A DNA stretch of 43,770 nt from Catajapyx aquilonaris (Eukaryota): assembly GCA_000934665.2 (NCBI GenBank), contig JYFJ02000877.1, positions 62,001-105,770 of the forward strand. Reading direction: 5' to 3'. Below, piece by piece: positions 1 through 11,914 of this stretch (within the stretch, counting starts at the first letter, position 1; every line of letters begins with the position of its first letter). The notes below the pieces were generated by a model. It was not told where the DNA came from. It saw nothing but the letters and a program-made list of their open reading frames with translations, and did not search any database. The position numbers were made by a program, and so were the translations under genes.

Positions 1-1151
1 GCGTTGTCGAAGGCCAGACAACTTCCACAAGTTGATCGGATCCACTTGGAACCGATTTTGATGTCACGATCTGAAGGGGAACCTTCATAATGTCCCATGT
101 GATGCCAATTTTGATTTGGGGGTGATATTGAAGTGTAAGCATATGAGTGATTTTGAGCAAGATTGTCGTATAGCGTGCAAGACAAGTTGATCTGCCGTGT
201 TCTTGGACGTTGGACATTTAAGCGGCGCTAAACTACAGATAGCTCTCAACTGACAGTAAAAAAGGTTAGTAGAACCAGGCATAAGTACAGAAGTTAATGG
301 ACCGGAAGTAAAGATCCGGATCCCATGTGACGTCTGATGCCATTTGATGCTATCTAAACGTACAGTACAATTACAATGTCCACTTTATGGGACTGTATAC
401 ATGTAGCGTTATATCGTATGCCCTATGTATGTTGCGTGAATTCGACGCTAATTTGAGTTTTTCCCGTTGAACAAGACTTTTTATATAACTGCAATTATTA
501 TGCTATTGCCAACTTTCCACGCGTGCCAGTTGTTATAGTCAGCGTTTATTTGAATACCTTCCATTTTACAATGCAGCACATTTGAAATATCGAACGCTGG
601 TGTCCTGTTGGTAGAGATAACTCGAAAAACAACAAAGCTTATAGCAGCATATTTTTATTTGCTAATAATTGAACCTAATTGAAGGAATTTTTGGATCCGG
701 GCATACTCTACAAATACGCTACAGCTAATGAAACCTTGTTGACAGTTCCAGCAGTGCCAATCCAAATACTGTACACAAATTAATCGCCGGATTTTGTGTC
801 AACGTGGATGAATTACTTCATCAAGAAGAGTGCCTACAGTATTCTTCCATGCTGATACCAAATTAGATGATCAATTTTCTGTTTTAAGTTGGTACTACTG
901 AACATGCCAATCGTACAGTTCCAACACCTAGGGTTTAGGAACGTACTGTACAGTACTAATCTAATGACGTGGCTATAGTACATTCTGTCCTCAACCTGAA
1001 AGGACTTTTCTAGTCTAGGTGAATATCTTCTCTATGAGAGAGGCCTGAAGTGGCTGCCGACTTTTACAAGTCGTAATTGTCGTGTTGAATGCTGGAAACA
1101 ATAGATTCTGGGGGTGTTGCTTTTGTAGTGCTTATCTATCGATTTCAGAAT

Positions 1152-1176
1152 ATGGCGAGCGTCCTACCAGAAATGG
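1152..1176 (+). CDS. ADAR: Putative first coding exon of ADAR (MASVLPEM + 1 nt)
   Basis: Acceptor tttcag ends at 1148; strong Kozak context aatATGG; donor gtttgt at 1177. The phase-1 end (g) completes the 'tg' at the start of exon 26769 to give Val. It is short and supported only by signals and phase. Confidence 0.5.
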
Positions 1177-2887
1177 GTTTGTTATCTTTCCACGTGGTGT
1201 GTTGCAAGTAGACTTGCACAAATTAATCCCACCTCCCTCCTATTCCATGTACTAGGCAGTTTCACTGTCCTAAATTGCAGTCTGGCGGGGGAAATAGTCG
1301 CATCCTGTAAATATCACCTGTTGGCTTTATCACTTGGACGGGTATTTCAATTACCCTATTGATGTTCGGCAGATATCATGTTCCTGTTGAGTCGGAAACT
1401 CCAAACCAGTAGTGCAGGCCCTGGATTCATTCATTGTTGTCACATATAAAACAAGTTTCAAACTTGGAGCCTGAAATGTGCACAACATATGAACGTAGAT
1501 GATGATGATGACAAGATTGCTGTGTCAGTCAACTGCATCTAACCTAAGTTACTCGTTTCATGTAATTAACAGGGTTATAAAACATTCCAAGCAAGTGAAG
1601 CAGCATACTATTAAAAAACGAACGACCCAGTTTTTGAAACAATCATGATTGGTCTAACGCAAACGCATCTGATTATTACATCTGGATTTGGCAAGGTTAC
1701 GTGACTTTTAAAGAGGCACTCAGGTTTCACACACCTTGATTCTCATACGTCACTCCACGGGTTTTTCAGGTGTTTTTTTTTTTCTGTGGCAATCGCTCAT
1801 TTCGGTCAGAAGTGAATGGAGAGGGTTTATCCTGGCAGTTAGACTTTTTGAAACACAAGAGAGACGGAAGGAAGGCTCTGAACAGTAAGGATAAGAGTCT
1901 CCGGTAGACGAAATAATTATATAATATGTGTAGTGTATATCCAATATCAAAGGAGTTTGTATAGTACTTGTATTTCAATGGAAACATTTGTACAAGTTAG
2001 CCAGTTTTTTTAGCGATAAGCTGCTTATTCTTCAGCAGTTACTTAAAAATTACTTTTCTATGCCATCAAAATATTAGCTGCTATAGTGTTTTTACAGTTT
2101 TAATATCAGCATTAATAATTCAGGCTCTGAATGACTACGGATTTCCTCATTTAAGACATTAGAGAGCTCCTCCGCCTATTTTTCTTTGAGCTACTGCTAC
2201 CCGAAGTAAAATTGGATCCATTAGACCTTCTATTTTAATCTAAAAAGGATGCTCTTATTTATTAGACCTCATATAAGCAACTAATATTTTGATGTCGTCT
2301 AAAAGTACCGTAGGATTTCTAAAGTAACAGATGGAAAATAGGCAGTTCAGTGCGAAGAAATCGCTGACCACTACGAACAATTCAATTGAAGCACTATTGT
2401 GCACAAGTGGAAATATGGCTGGGTTGCAGGCAACAAAACTGAGTCGACACAGGACATTCAAATATTAATCCCCCTAATGAACCAATATATTTTGATGGGA
2501 GTCATATGAATAATTCGGAAAGGTCATTGCTTCCCAACCTTGTTGTGGCTAGGATTGCAGTATGCAGGTGGTGGAAAAATTTGCATAATCATCACGAAGC
2601 GAAATTCCTTGCGCAGGTGTCAGGTGGTGATGCACCATCCATTTTCTAATTTGAGGCTCCCTCATTGACGGATAGGTCGATAAAATATGTGCCGGCCCCT
2701 ATAGTGGACTTGACAAGATCCCCGTCGTCATATCCCAATGGCGATTAATGGGAGATCAGACGCAATGGTATAGTTACAAATTGACGTCCGGGGCACTATA
2801 AAAGATATCTTCGTACCAACATCGTCAAAGTAAATAAGTAAACAGTGGTTGTTGATAGGGATTTGTTAAGTATTATTTCAGGCATAA

Positions 2888-3390
2888 GGGCTAGTTTATA
2901 CTCTGCCGTAAGGGGCGCGAAGTAGCAGTAGCGCCGTAAAGAAAGCGAGCCTGCTACTGCAAGCGGTTTATACTAGCTATACTGTACGTCAATCATTGCC
3001 GGATTCCTAGTACCCGAGGTGTCCGCCAGGTGACCGCCAGGTGACCGCAGCTCCGTCCTGCCACGGATTTTGGACATACATTTTTAAATACTAAAGTGTC
3101 CATGGGTCTCGGAAATGATCATATTAGCTGGCCAAAAATCAAATCGTTCCGGGAATATGATTTCTGAGCCAGCATTCTGTCACATACGGCAAGCTTAGCG
3201 GAGCCGCCATTTTTTTTGTTTTGTTTGCCGTAGTGGCCTTATGACGTAGCTGAAAAGTTGACTTTCGTTTAACTTTTACAGCAGCCGTAGGGAGTTAAAA
3301 TTCACGCCGCGCCGTAGTGCGCTGGCAATACAGCAGCAGGCGTGCCGTAAGCTGCCGTAGTGCCCCTTACGGCGGAGTATAAACTAGCCT
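2888..3390. mobile_element. PIF/Harbinger-type MITE
   Basis: TIRs ggctagtttatactctgccgtaaggggc / gccccttacggcggagtataaactagcc (1 mismatch), flanked by TAA at 2885-2887 and 3391-3393. Confidence 0.85.
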
Positions 3391-3771
3391 TAAGTTGTAA
3401 AAAGTTGTTTTGAAGCACTTGTTTCTCAATAAGTACGGTCCCGCCTCCTTCTTAAAACACAATTAATAAATAAACATTGAAAAATAAGGTCCAAAGGTCG
3501 CGAGACCATTGGCGCAGATCCTTGGAAAGTTAGCATGTGACTCTTATTGATCTTAAATTAGAGTCTTTGTGCCCAACTACTGTAACAAGGAACACATGGC
3601 CTATTTAAAATATAATGAAATGCAAGCAGGTTTCAGGAGTAGAGGTCCATTTCTAGCGAATTGAGTGGCATAAGTTAGACTGTTTAGACTGGCTGCAGAA
3701 TACCGGTTTCAGTGTTGAAGGAAAGTGGAAATCTGAAGTTGTCACAACTGAAACCTGTTACACTTGGTAAT

Positions 3772-4091
3772 ACAACAACAACAACAACAACAACATCACG
3801 ACATTCCCTATGAGGGGTAGTCAGCGATGAAGGGAGATGCAAGCTAACCCAACATATGAACTAATAAAACTCATGAGAAAGAACCTAAAAACAACCTGTC
3901 CCACCCCCCCACCCCTGCCCACCTCAGACATCACCTTAACCTCAGACATATTTACCTATTTACCCATTAATTAACCTACGCCATTTACACCTATCCGAAC
4001 AAACAACCCTAGCCTCAGCCACGTCCATGGTCCTATTGACACATGAACGTCTCGGCTTAACACTAGCAACACCCTTAAGACACTGACCCAC
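3772..4091 (-). mobile_element. 5'-truncated RTE-clade LINE 3' end
   Basis: 13-bp TSD tacacttggtaat at 3759-3771 and 4092-4104; (GTT)n tail on the minus strand. The minus strand translates to ...VKPRRSCVNRTMDVAEARVVCSDRCKWRRLING*, resembling the RTE ORF C-terminus (DR..WR motif). Confidence 0.8.
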
Positions 4092-5617
4092 TACACTTGG
4101 TAATGCCCACAGAAATATCAGAGGCATGTTTCAGGCGAGATATAATCAGGTTTTAAGGCTGCAAGGGGAGTGTCAAAAGCCTTGTTTGGCAGTGTCAATC
4201 AGGTTTAACAAGGCTCATTTGAAAATTGCCATTAACGCGCTGTTGTTGTTGCGCACCCCTAATGAGCAAAGAAACAGAAAAGCGTAACAGGCTTGAAATC
4301 ATAATAATACTGGATGTTGTTTACCATTTCAAAGCTCTTCTGTGTAATGTACCAACTAGGCAACGCGCGACACAGATTGTGTCAGTATTATGCCATTTGG
4401 CTCCAGTCAGAGGTGCACTGCAGTTCAGTGGAGATTCAAATGAAGTTGGGCTAGAGTGAATTAAGTAGTTTTATAAACTATTACGAAGAGAGGTGTTGGT
4501 TATGAATTCTACCTCAGATGCAGCATGAAAACACGAACATGCCACCATTAACCGAAGGGGTTATAACCTGTCTAGTGTTATATTATTACAAATGTAGCAT
4601 GTGACTCACGACGGGGCAGGACTTTGCAGATAATTATAAGAAATTTTGAAATATCTGCAACGTCCTGGGCAAAGAGACCTAAATCAACGGATAATTTTGT
4701 ACTGCTTTAGGCCTACTGTATTTGTTTCTCTATTTTTGGCGTAGCCAAATGATATGTTATCTTGTCGGAAATCGTAATAAACTTGTGACTTATGACCTTC
4801 TTTTCGAAAGGCCATCATTTCTATGACCGTGACTGATAAAACATGAAAATAATTATGAGCGCCTGCCACATCCATTACCTAGGTGGCACACCCCAAATAT
4901 GACCATACTCTTTGGCTATCCCCTAATTTCTACGGCATTTTTTCTCTGCCATTGCAGTGGCTTTTCATGTTATTCCCTAATTGCGCTATTTCGCACAAAA
5001 TGCGGTTTTCTGTTGGCGTAACTATATGTTACTGTAGGTAAAGCTCTTCGTCCTTTTGCTGGATTTAGTTCCGGACTGTTCCACTCGAGTGTTCTGGTTT
5101 GACTTGCGCCCGTCCATCTTTTTTTCAGCTTGATTTCCCTGGGTTCCTGCACACGCTTCCTTTGTTCTCACTGTTTACCGATTAAATACTAGCTGGTTAA
5201 ACTGCTAGTATTGATGGTTCAGATTTGGTGCCCATTAAAAACCATTCCCATCCGAATTTTTTTAACTGAGATTGTGTGTTTGTGTGGACTCATTATCACA
5301 AATCAACAATCATAAACTCGGTAATTATAATCAAATATTGTATTACAGTAAGTTATATTGAAAAAGTAGTATTCCAATGAAACGAAAGTTTCTCGGTACC
5401 ATGTAGGCTTATATACAGGGTAATCAGTATACCTCCAGTGTAATGGACAGGCATGGTCTCAGACCTATTAGCAGTCTATATCATTTTTGGCTGAGTAGCG
5501 TCATTACTGCATGGGGCAGCGGTAAGTTGAGACATCGTGACGTCGCGTCGTTAAGGTAATACTGACATTTGTGAGTACCCTGCTGGTTAGATCACTAGTA
5601 TTTCCAGGGTGGATTAA

Positions 5618-5901
5618 TCCTGGAACCGTGACGTGGGGTCTTTTAGGACCCCAAAGGAATTAAAATGCATTAAAATGATAATTACAATGAACTTTTGCCA
5701 TTAAAAAGTATATGTATAACAGGAAGTGCATGTTTATTTTGAATTAGCGATCATTTTAGGCATTGTTCAAAGAATTATTGCATATAGTCAATACATTGAA
5801 AAGTGTTATATAAAAATTAATAGAAATTAAAATAGGGATGGGGTCCTAAAAGACCCCACGTCACGGTTGCCGTAACTTTCAGGCACGTCACGGTTCCAGG
5901 G
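5618..5901. mobile_element. piggyBac-type MITE
   Basis: TTAA at 5614-5617 and 5902-5905; TIRs cctggaaccgtgacgtg / cacgtcacggttccagg; an additional subterminal inverted repeat (aaccgtgacgtggggtcttttaggacccca, inverted copy at ~5839-5868) gives the asymmetric piggyBac-like architecture. Confidence 0.85.
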
Positions 5902-6966
5902 TTAACCAGCTGGATATTACATGTCATTCACATGGGCTCGTCGCCAAAATTAATTGCATGCCGTAATGCCGCTTTCCAGCTTGAAAATAGTACATAGCAT
6001 TTTGGTCGTGTAATGTAGGTCAAGTAATCGCCAACCTGCCCATTGTAGCTGACCGCTCTGTATACAGTATAGGCGATGGTGTTGGAAGTGCATGTCGACA
6101 GCTCTTGAGGGTTCATGATGCAACATGAATGTCTGTATGAGGCTTGGTCATGCGACATGAACATATGCAGGAGCAAACCTCTACAGACAGTACTCGGGTC
6201 AATGCCTAGAAAGGCGTAGAAAGGTATTTTGTGAACATCAACGACGAGACAATATTATGTGAAACGTTGCAGTTACTCCTGAGTTTCCTGTAGCATCAGT
6301 GTCAGCAATATTGGCACCCAACTTTCTTCGCCTGTATTTTGCTGACTGCTGCGCAGGGAAAAAGAACTGCATAACTATAGTGCAGGCTCGATTGTTTTAA
6401 AGACGAATGACCTGCACTACGTGCTTCAACTAGTGAAAGGCAAGATGAAAATTCCGGTCTATCCCCGAATATTTTTGAAATTCAGAAAGATATTCACGTC
6501 CATCTCTCACCGCAGCACTCGGAGTGACACTTGAAAAGGGCAATGAGGGACTCTGACATTCCGAAATGGCTGAGTACATGCTACTGGAAAAAGTGTGGCA
6601 GCTGCATGGTTGAAGAGTCAAAATAATACGATAATAAAATAATGATTGGAGGGTCTGGCAAGGGTGCTCCATTTGCTGGCTTCCTTGGCTGCCAGTAAAG
6701 GAGGCAAGGACTGCACGTTTGGTGGGAAAGCGCGTTTGATGCTCGGCGGGGAATTGGCCGAGCTTTGAATCTCAAACGGGAAGCGGCTGATTTTTCCCTC
6801 ATTGCCCTTCTATAACGAATCATTTGGATGCAGAGTTGGGTGGTCTGGGAGGGGGAAAAAAAGGTAGGGATGGTGAAGAGCTTCCTAGGGTTTGTGAATG
6901 CATGCAGTTGGAAGGCTGGAGAGGGGACCCATATGATTTTTCATTCTTCTTCCACTTGTGTTTTAG

Positions 6967-6992
6967 AGCGAAGCAAGCAAGACAAACAGGAG
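6967..6992 (+). other. Candidate 26-nt alternative microexon
   Basis: Long polypyrimidine acceptor (tttttcattcttcttccacttgtgttttag) followed 26 nt later by a perfect donor gag|gtaagt. Confidence 0.45.
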
Positions 6993-9900
6993 GTAAGTCT
7001 ACAGGTGACAGTACGTGAGACACGCTCCACTTGTCATATTTGCCAGGCACATCTGATTCTGATGGGTTTTCCGGGTACTGCAGTTTGTTCCGCATAGGTT
7101 GACGATGAGGCGCGTGTTCAAAAGTGGTGGTCCGGCTGATGCAAGGGGTAGCGATATAGCGTGGTTGAAAGCCCAACTAGACGACAATGAAATACGGGCA
7201 TGAAAAGCGACCTCCCGCCCCAATAACACCACCGCCAATAGAACGGTTGGAATCGATCTGCAGTTGACGGTCAACAATGTCAATCACACACAACCTGCGG
7301 ATTTTATGTTTGAGGAGACGGCGCCCTCGGATATGTGGGCAGGCAGTCGAGGGTTATGAGGATTTATGCGAATACACTAAGCCCACGTCACCTCTCCATT
7401 TGAATCATCATTTTGTCACCGAGAGAAGGAGCCTAAATGATTCATGCAGCTGTGACAAGACGTGCTCACCGGGAGCCTTCATATGCGCCGCTGCCTGTGA
7501 CGTACAGTATGATGTGCCGAATTGAACGAAGCTGTGTGTGGGGGTGGGTATGTGTGTGTGTGTGAACTCATGGGCCTTGCAGTATTGATGTGGGATCGGA
7601 TTACAGCGACTCGTTATTTATTAACTCGTTGATGCATAAAGTCGGCGTGGTTGGGTTGCAATTCTGTGTAATAACATTGTGCTGGTTGTCTCGTAAAGTG
7701 CTGTGCTGAGGCGTCCCATCAGTGAAGCCCGGCCCAAATTAGCAGAATTTTTGAGACTGTTTACAATCCTCGAAGCGAATGTGTGCATGTGTAGTCAAAG
7801 TATCGACCGTTAATGTATGTCCCCCCACCTTATCGTGCAGTCGCATCACCCCTAACTCCCCAAATGAGGAAAAGCGGCTGAAATTGCATAATTCGATATC
7901 CGATATCCTGATACCCCAGAAGCTGTGCCCATAATAAGGCTGGGGCTTGATAGACGTGGAGTCACAGGTCAAACAGATACCTTCCCCACCATCCACCACT
8001 CTTCCCCACCTCTTCACTGCCAAACTCAGGCATAGACATGGAAATTTCGTGTGCTACGTTTCATCAATTCTCCAATATTCCTGACGGAGATATGCACAGG
8101 TTACATTATCTGCTTGCTTTTAAGCTAAATCCTACCCGATTGGTGGATTATGGGGGGTGGAAATTTGGATCCCGAATCCGGAGATAAATCTTTATTTGGC
8201 AAAACATCGGGCTTTTGCACAACCATGCATTGTAGTTAGACGCGTGGGGTTTTTGAAATAATTAGGTATCTAAATGGCGTGTTGATAAGGGGCATGGCCT
8301 TATTCAACACCGCTAGGTAATCTTCACTCTTTTTTGCCCCCGAGGCTGGGAGCAATGCGGTTGAAATGCGGCGTTGCATGATTTCTCACCCTAGAGTTGG
8401 ATCGTTGCCGCGCTGTCATTTGCTTCATGGAAGTACGGCAATGAACATTCACGAACCAACTGTGGAGAAGATTTTCTCCACCAAAGAACACTTAGACAGC
8501 CGGCTGAGGAGAAGAGAAAAATTAAGGAACAGAAGAAGAAAGAAAGGTTAAGTGATGTGGAGCGTGACTAATTGACATTTAGTTCGCTCCAACAATATTC
8601 GGAGATGCAGTTTCATTTTGATGCTCTCGGGGGAGGGAGGGGGGGGGGGTGCCCCTCTTAGCACGGGCGCTAAGACCGCATTTAATTGTAAGGTGAGAAG
8701 AAGGAAGAGGAATATAAGGAGCGTGGGCGGTTTCATGTGAGAGACGCAGTTCCACTTTCTAGAACGTCGACATGTGACTAATGAGGTAGTGTTTATGACA
8801 GGTTCCTTGGAAAGCGGACCTCAAGGTTAATGAGGTCGACGTAAGCTTTTGTTTAGGCTTCAAGAAGCAATTACCAAAGGCCGCTTCTGCGCCTATAGTT
8901 GTTTGTCGTCGAGAGCAACTCCTCCAAAGAGGTGATCTGCCCAATTAAAACTGAGGTGCTGCTATGCTCGTTATCGTTAAATAATGAGCGTGGAGAATTT
9001 TTTATGGATCAACAACCCGCGGTCGTGAAATAGCTGCGCTATTGTGCATGTTTCTGTATAGTATTGGAAAAAGAATGTGCTTAGCCAGATGATGGGAGCA
9101 TGTGATATGAGACGTAAGATATATGAGTAAAAATTATTTTACAATTTTAAAATCACTAAAGTGATTAGTGATTGAGGAAAGGGCACATCTAACGCCACGT
9201 GAGCGTCCAATATCCAAAATCTGTGATGTTTACAATAATATTTCTCAATGGGATCGGGATTTTAAAAAATATGTCAAGCTCTATCAGGCCGACTGGCATT
9301 CTAAGTTGAGACTTGACACAGGAGGATCGCCTGCAACAATATTGAAAACGACAAAACGATTCATTCTCCGCAGTACGTGGTATTAATGTAGCTACTTCCA
9401 AATAATCACGAGGATTCCAGAGACAAAGTGCAGGCAATTTTAGTCCCCTTTGAAAGTAATGTACAAAAAGAGAGTCATTCCAGAGTCTTAAAGTTGATTA
9501 ATCCTTGGTTAGTTGGTCTCCTTGGAAAGAGTCCAAGTCCCAAACTCCAACCCCCCCCCCCCCTGCCATCCGCCCCCTACACACCGAGAACTAGCAACAA
9601 AATGAGCCGATTTATTTTCTGAGGGCGCATTCATATACTCCCTAGTTTTTTCCGCAAACAAAACCCGGCGTTTGTCATCGTCCTGGTTGTAAATGGCTTC
9701 TGTATGCAAAACCCTCCCTCGCAGTCTGGATGGGTACATTTTTATGCGTTTATAATTCACCTCCAGCGCAACTTTGTCTAGGCCTAGCCAGCTCTGACTT
9801 GAGGCGCATCGTGAATATGCTTTCCTCTTCGATTCCAACACTCTTGAGCTGTTCGGTATTTTCAAAAAGGCCGAAATATTGGACTTGCCAATTAACGGTT

Positions 9901-10940
9901 TTGGAAGGAGCCTGTGCTCAAGTCGATAGCGTAATTTATGCATCAGCCGGTGCCGAGTTTCCAGATGAGGGAAATTTCCGGGGGAAAAAATTACTTGGAC
10001 AGCATCTTTTCCTATTAGCCTCCAGTTTCTTACGCTTCAGAAAACTGTCTTTAATGATGCCGATACGATAAATATCAAAACACCAATATCGTATGCTACT
10101 TTTAGTGAACCGATTACGACATGCGAATATAACATTGGAGATTGCTGTACCCGATGTGATTTGCCCACATTTTTGCTACAATAACAGCAATAAAAGGTAA
10201 TACTTGTAAAGTAGCTTACACTCGTTGCTTATGAATATGTCAAGGTTTGATATGCAGTATGCTTTTGAAAGCCCATGATTTAAAATAATATTGTAGACGA
10301 GATGCCCAGAGATACTATCAGGTATGCAAACCCATTTGCATACCTGACGCGAGTATTTTCCGTAATATTATGAGCCTTTTTTCTATTCTTCCTCCATGCC
10401 GTTTGTTCCAGTATAGTTGACTATTTAGGATAGGTATACGTAGGTTCGTTTGTTCATACCGGCCGAGAGATGGGGTAGCAAACAGTACAGTACTATACTG
10501 TCCTTTTTTGCCGGAGGGGAGTTCCGTTTTGCAACGAGATTATCTGTAAACGGACGCAGTTGTTGGGGAAAGTGGAATAAATTTACCACCTGATCCGAGC
10601 GTAGGGTTTTGCTCGTTTTGCGTGTTTTCGCACGGGATAATTGGACGCCCTGCTAAATCTCAACAGCCATCTGTGTCATATGACCATGTTTGGCTTGCGT
10701 GTTGCCTGCATTTGCACACGCATGAAAAAATTAGACCCCCTTTTTATTTGGTACCCGAGAAACTGATGTATTATTAGAGTGAAACTTATCTATAACGTAT
10801 TTTGGATTTGAGTCTGTACTGCACTCATATTTTGGGACTATAACAATAATATTGTTGTTTGTGAACAGCTATATTATGTCTTCCTCTAAATTTCCTGCTA
10901 CACAGATGCATGTTGAAAGCAACATCTCTGCCCGTACTGT

Positions 10941-11914
10941 ATATGTTAGGCTCAAACCCCGAAAACGGTTGGGCGAAAAAACCGTCCATTCTGCAGAATG
11001 ATCCATGTCAAACCGTCCTTTCTGCAGAATGCTCCTTTTCGAACCAAATAAGGCATTTTAGAGAGGCTGTATGCTCGCAAAGAGTTCACACCTGCTAATT
11101 CCAATTTTATAGATCTGAACGAAGTTCCTTCCACCAGATCTGTATCTCTTCGATCGGCTTCACCTTCGAAGTTCAGGTAGTAAGCAGGCATTCGTAAGTT
11201 GTAGTTGCAAAAAGTACTACATTGATAAGAAATGTAAATGTCGTTCAAGTAATACTAAATGTAATTATTCCAAGTGTGGTTATAGAACGCTAAATGCGGA
11301 TTCCAAAGTCCCCATAGTCCATTTTCAAGAAAAATGAACTGAGGACATCGATTGGTAGCTTGCGGTACTCCCCACCTCTTCCTGAGGTCAGAATACACCA
11401 AATGTCCCTGGGTCCAAGCACGGAAATCGGAGGATTTTTCCAAAGCCACATAAGTCCATATGCTTTATGACAACAAAAACTCAAATCTCAAAAGGACACA
11501 AATGTGCCTAGGGGACATTGAAATCCCGCCTCTTATGATGAAGGTAATAGTTCCTGGAAAATAAACGGCATCATCAAATGTTAAGTATTTCAACCATTTT
11601 CCAAACAACAATAGGGTGATTTATTTCCAGCATCTACATGGCATAGTGGGAAACAGGAAACTGCCACAACGAGTTATGGGCGTCTTCTGAACCATCCATC
11701 CCGACACGAAATTGGCGTCCTGACGTTTAAGTTGAGTCACAGGAAAGCGTTCTGGCCTTTTAAAAAAAGCATTTCGGGGTCTGGCCGTCCATTCTGCAAA
11801 ATGGACGGTTCGAAAAGGAGCATTCTGCAGAATGGACGGTTTGACATGGAGCATTCTGCAGAATGGACAGTTTTTTCGCCCAATGGCCGTTTTCGTGATT
11901 TGAGCCTAACATAT
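10941..11914. mobile_element. Non-autonomous DNA transposon with long TIRs and internal palindromic repeats
   Basis: atatgttaggctcaaaccccgaaaacggttgggcgaaaaaaccgtccattctgcagaatg is inverted at ~11852-11914; the palindrome cattctgcagaatg recurs subterminally at both ends; probable TA TSD. Confidence 0.85.

Noticed and set aside
9509..10160. Possible decayed transposase (144-aa minus-strand ORF)
   Set aside because: Only a vague resemblance; no catalytic motif or TIRs could be identified.
10980..11870. CRISPR-like recurring palindrome cattctgcagaatg
   Set aside because: These are subterminal repeats of a TIR transposon in eukaryotic DNA; there are no unique spacers or cas genes.
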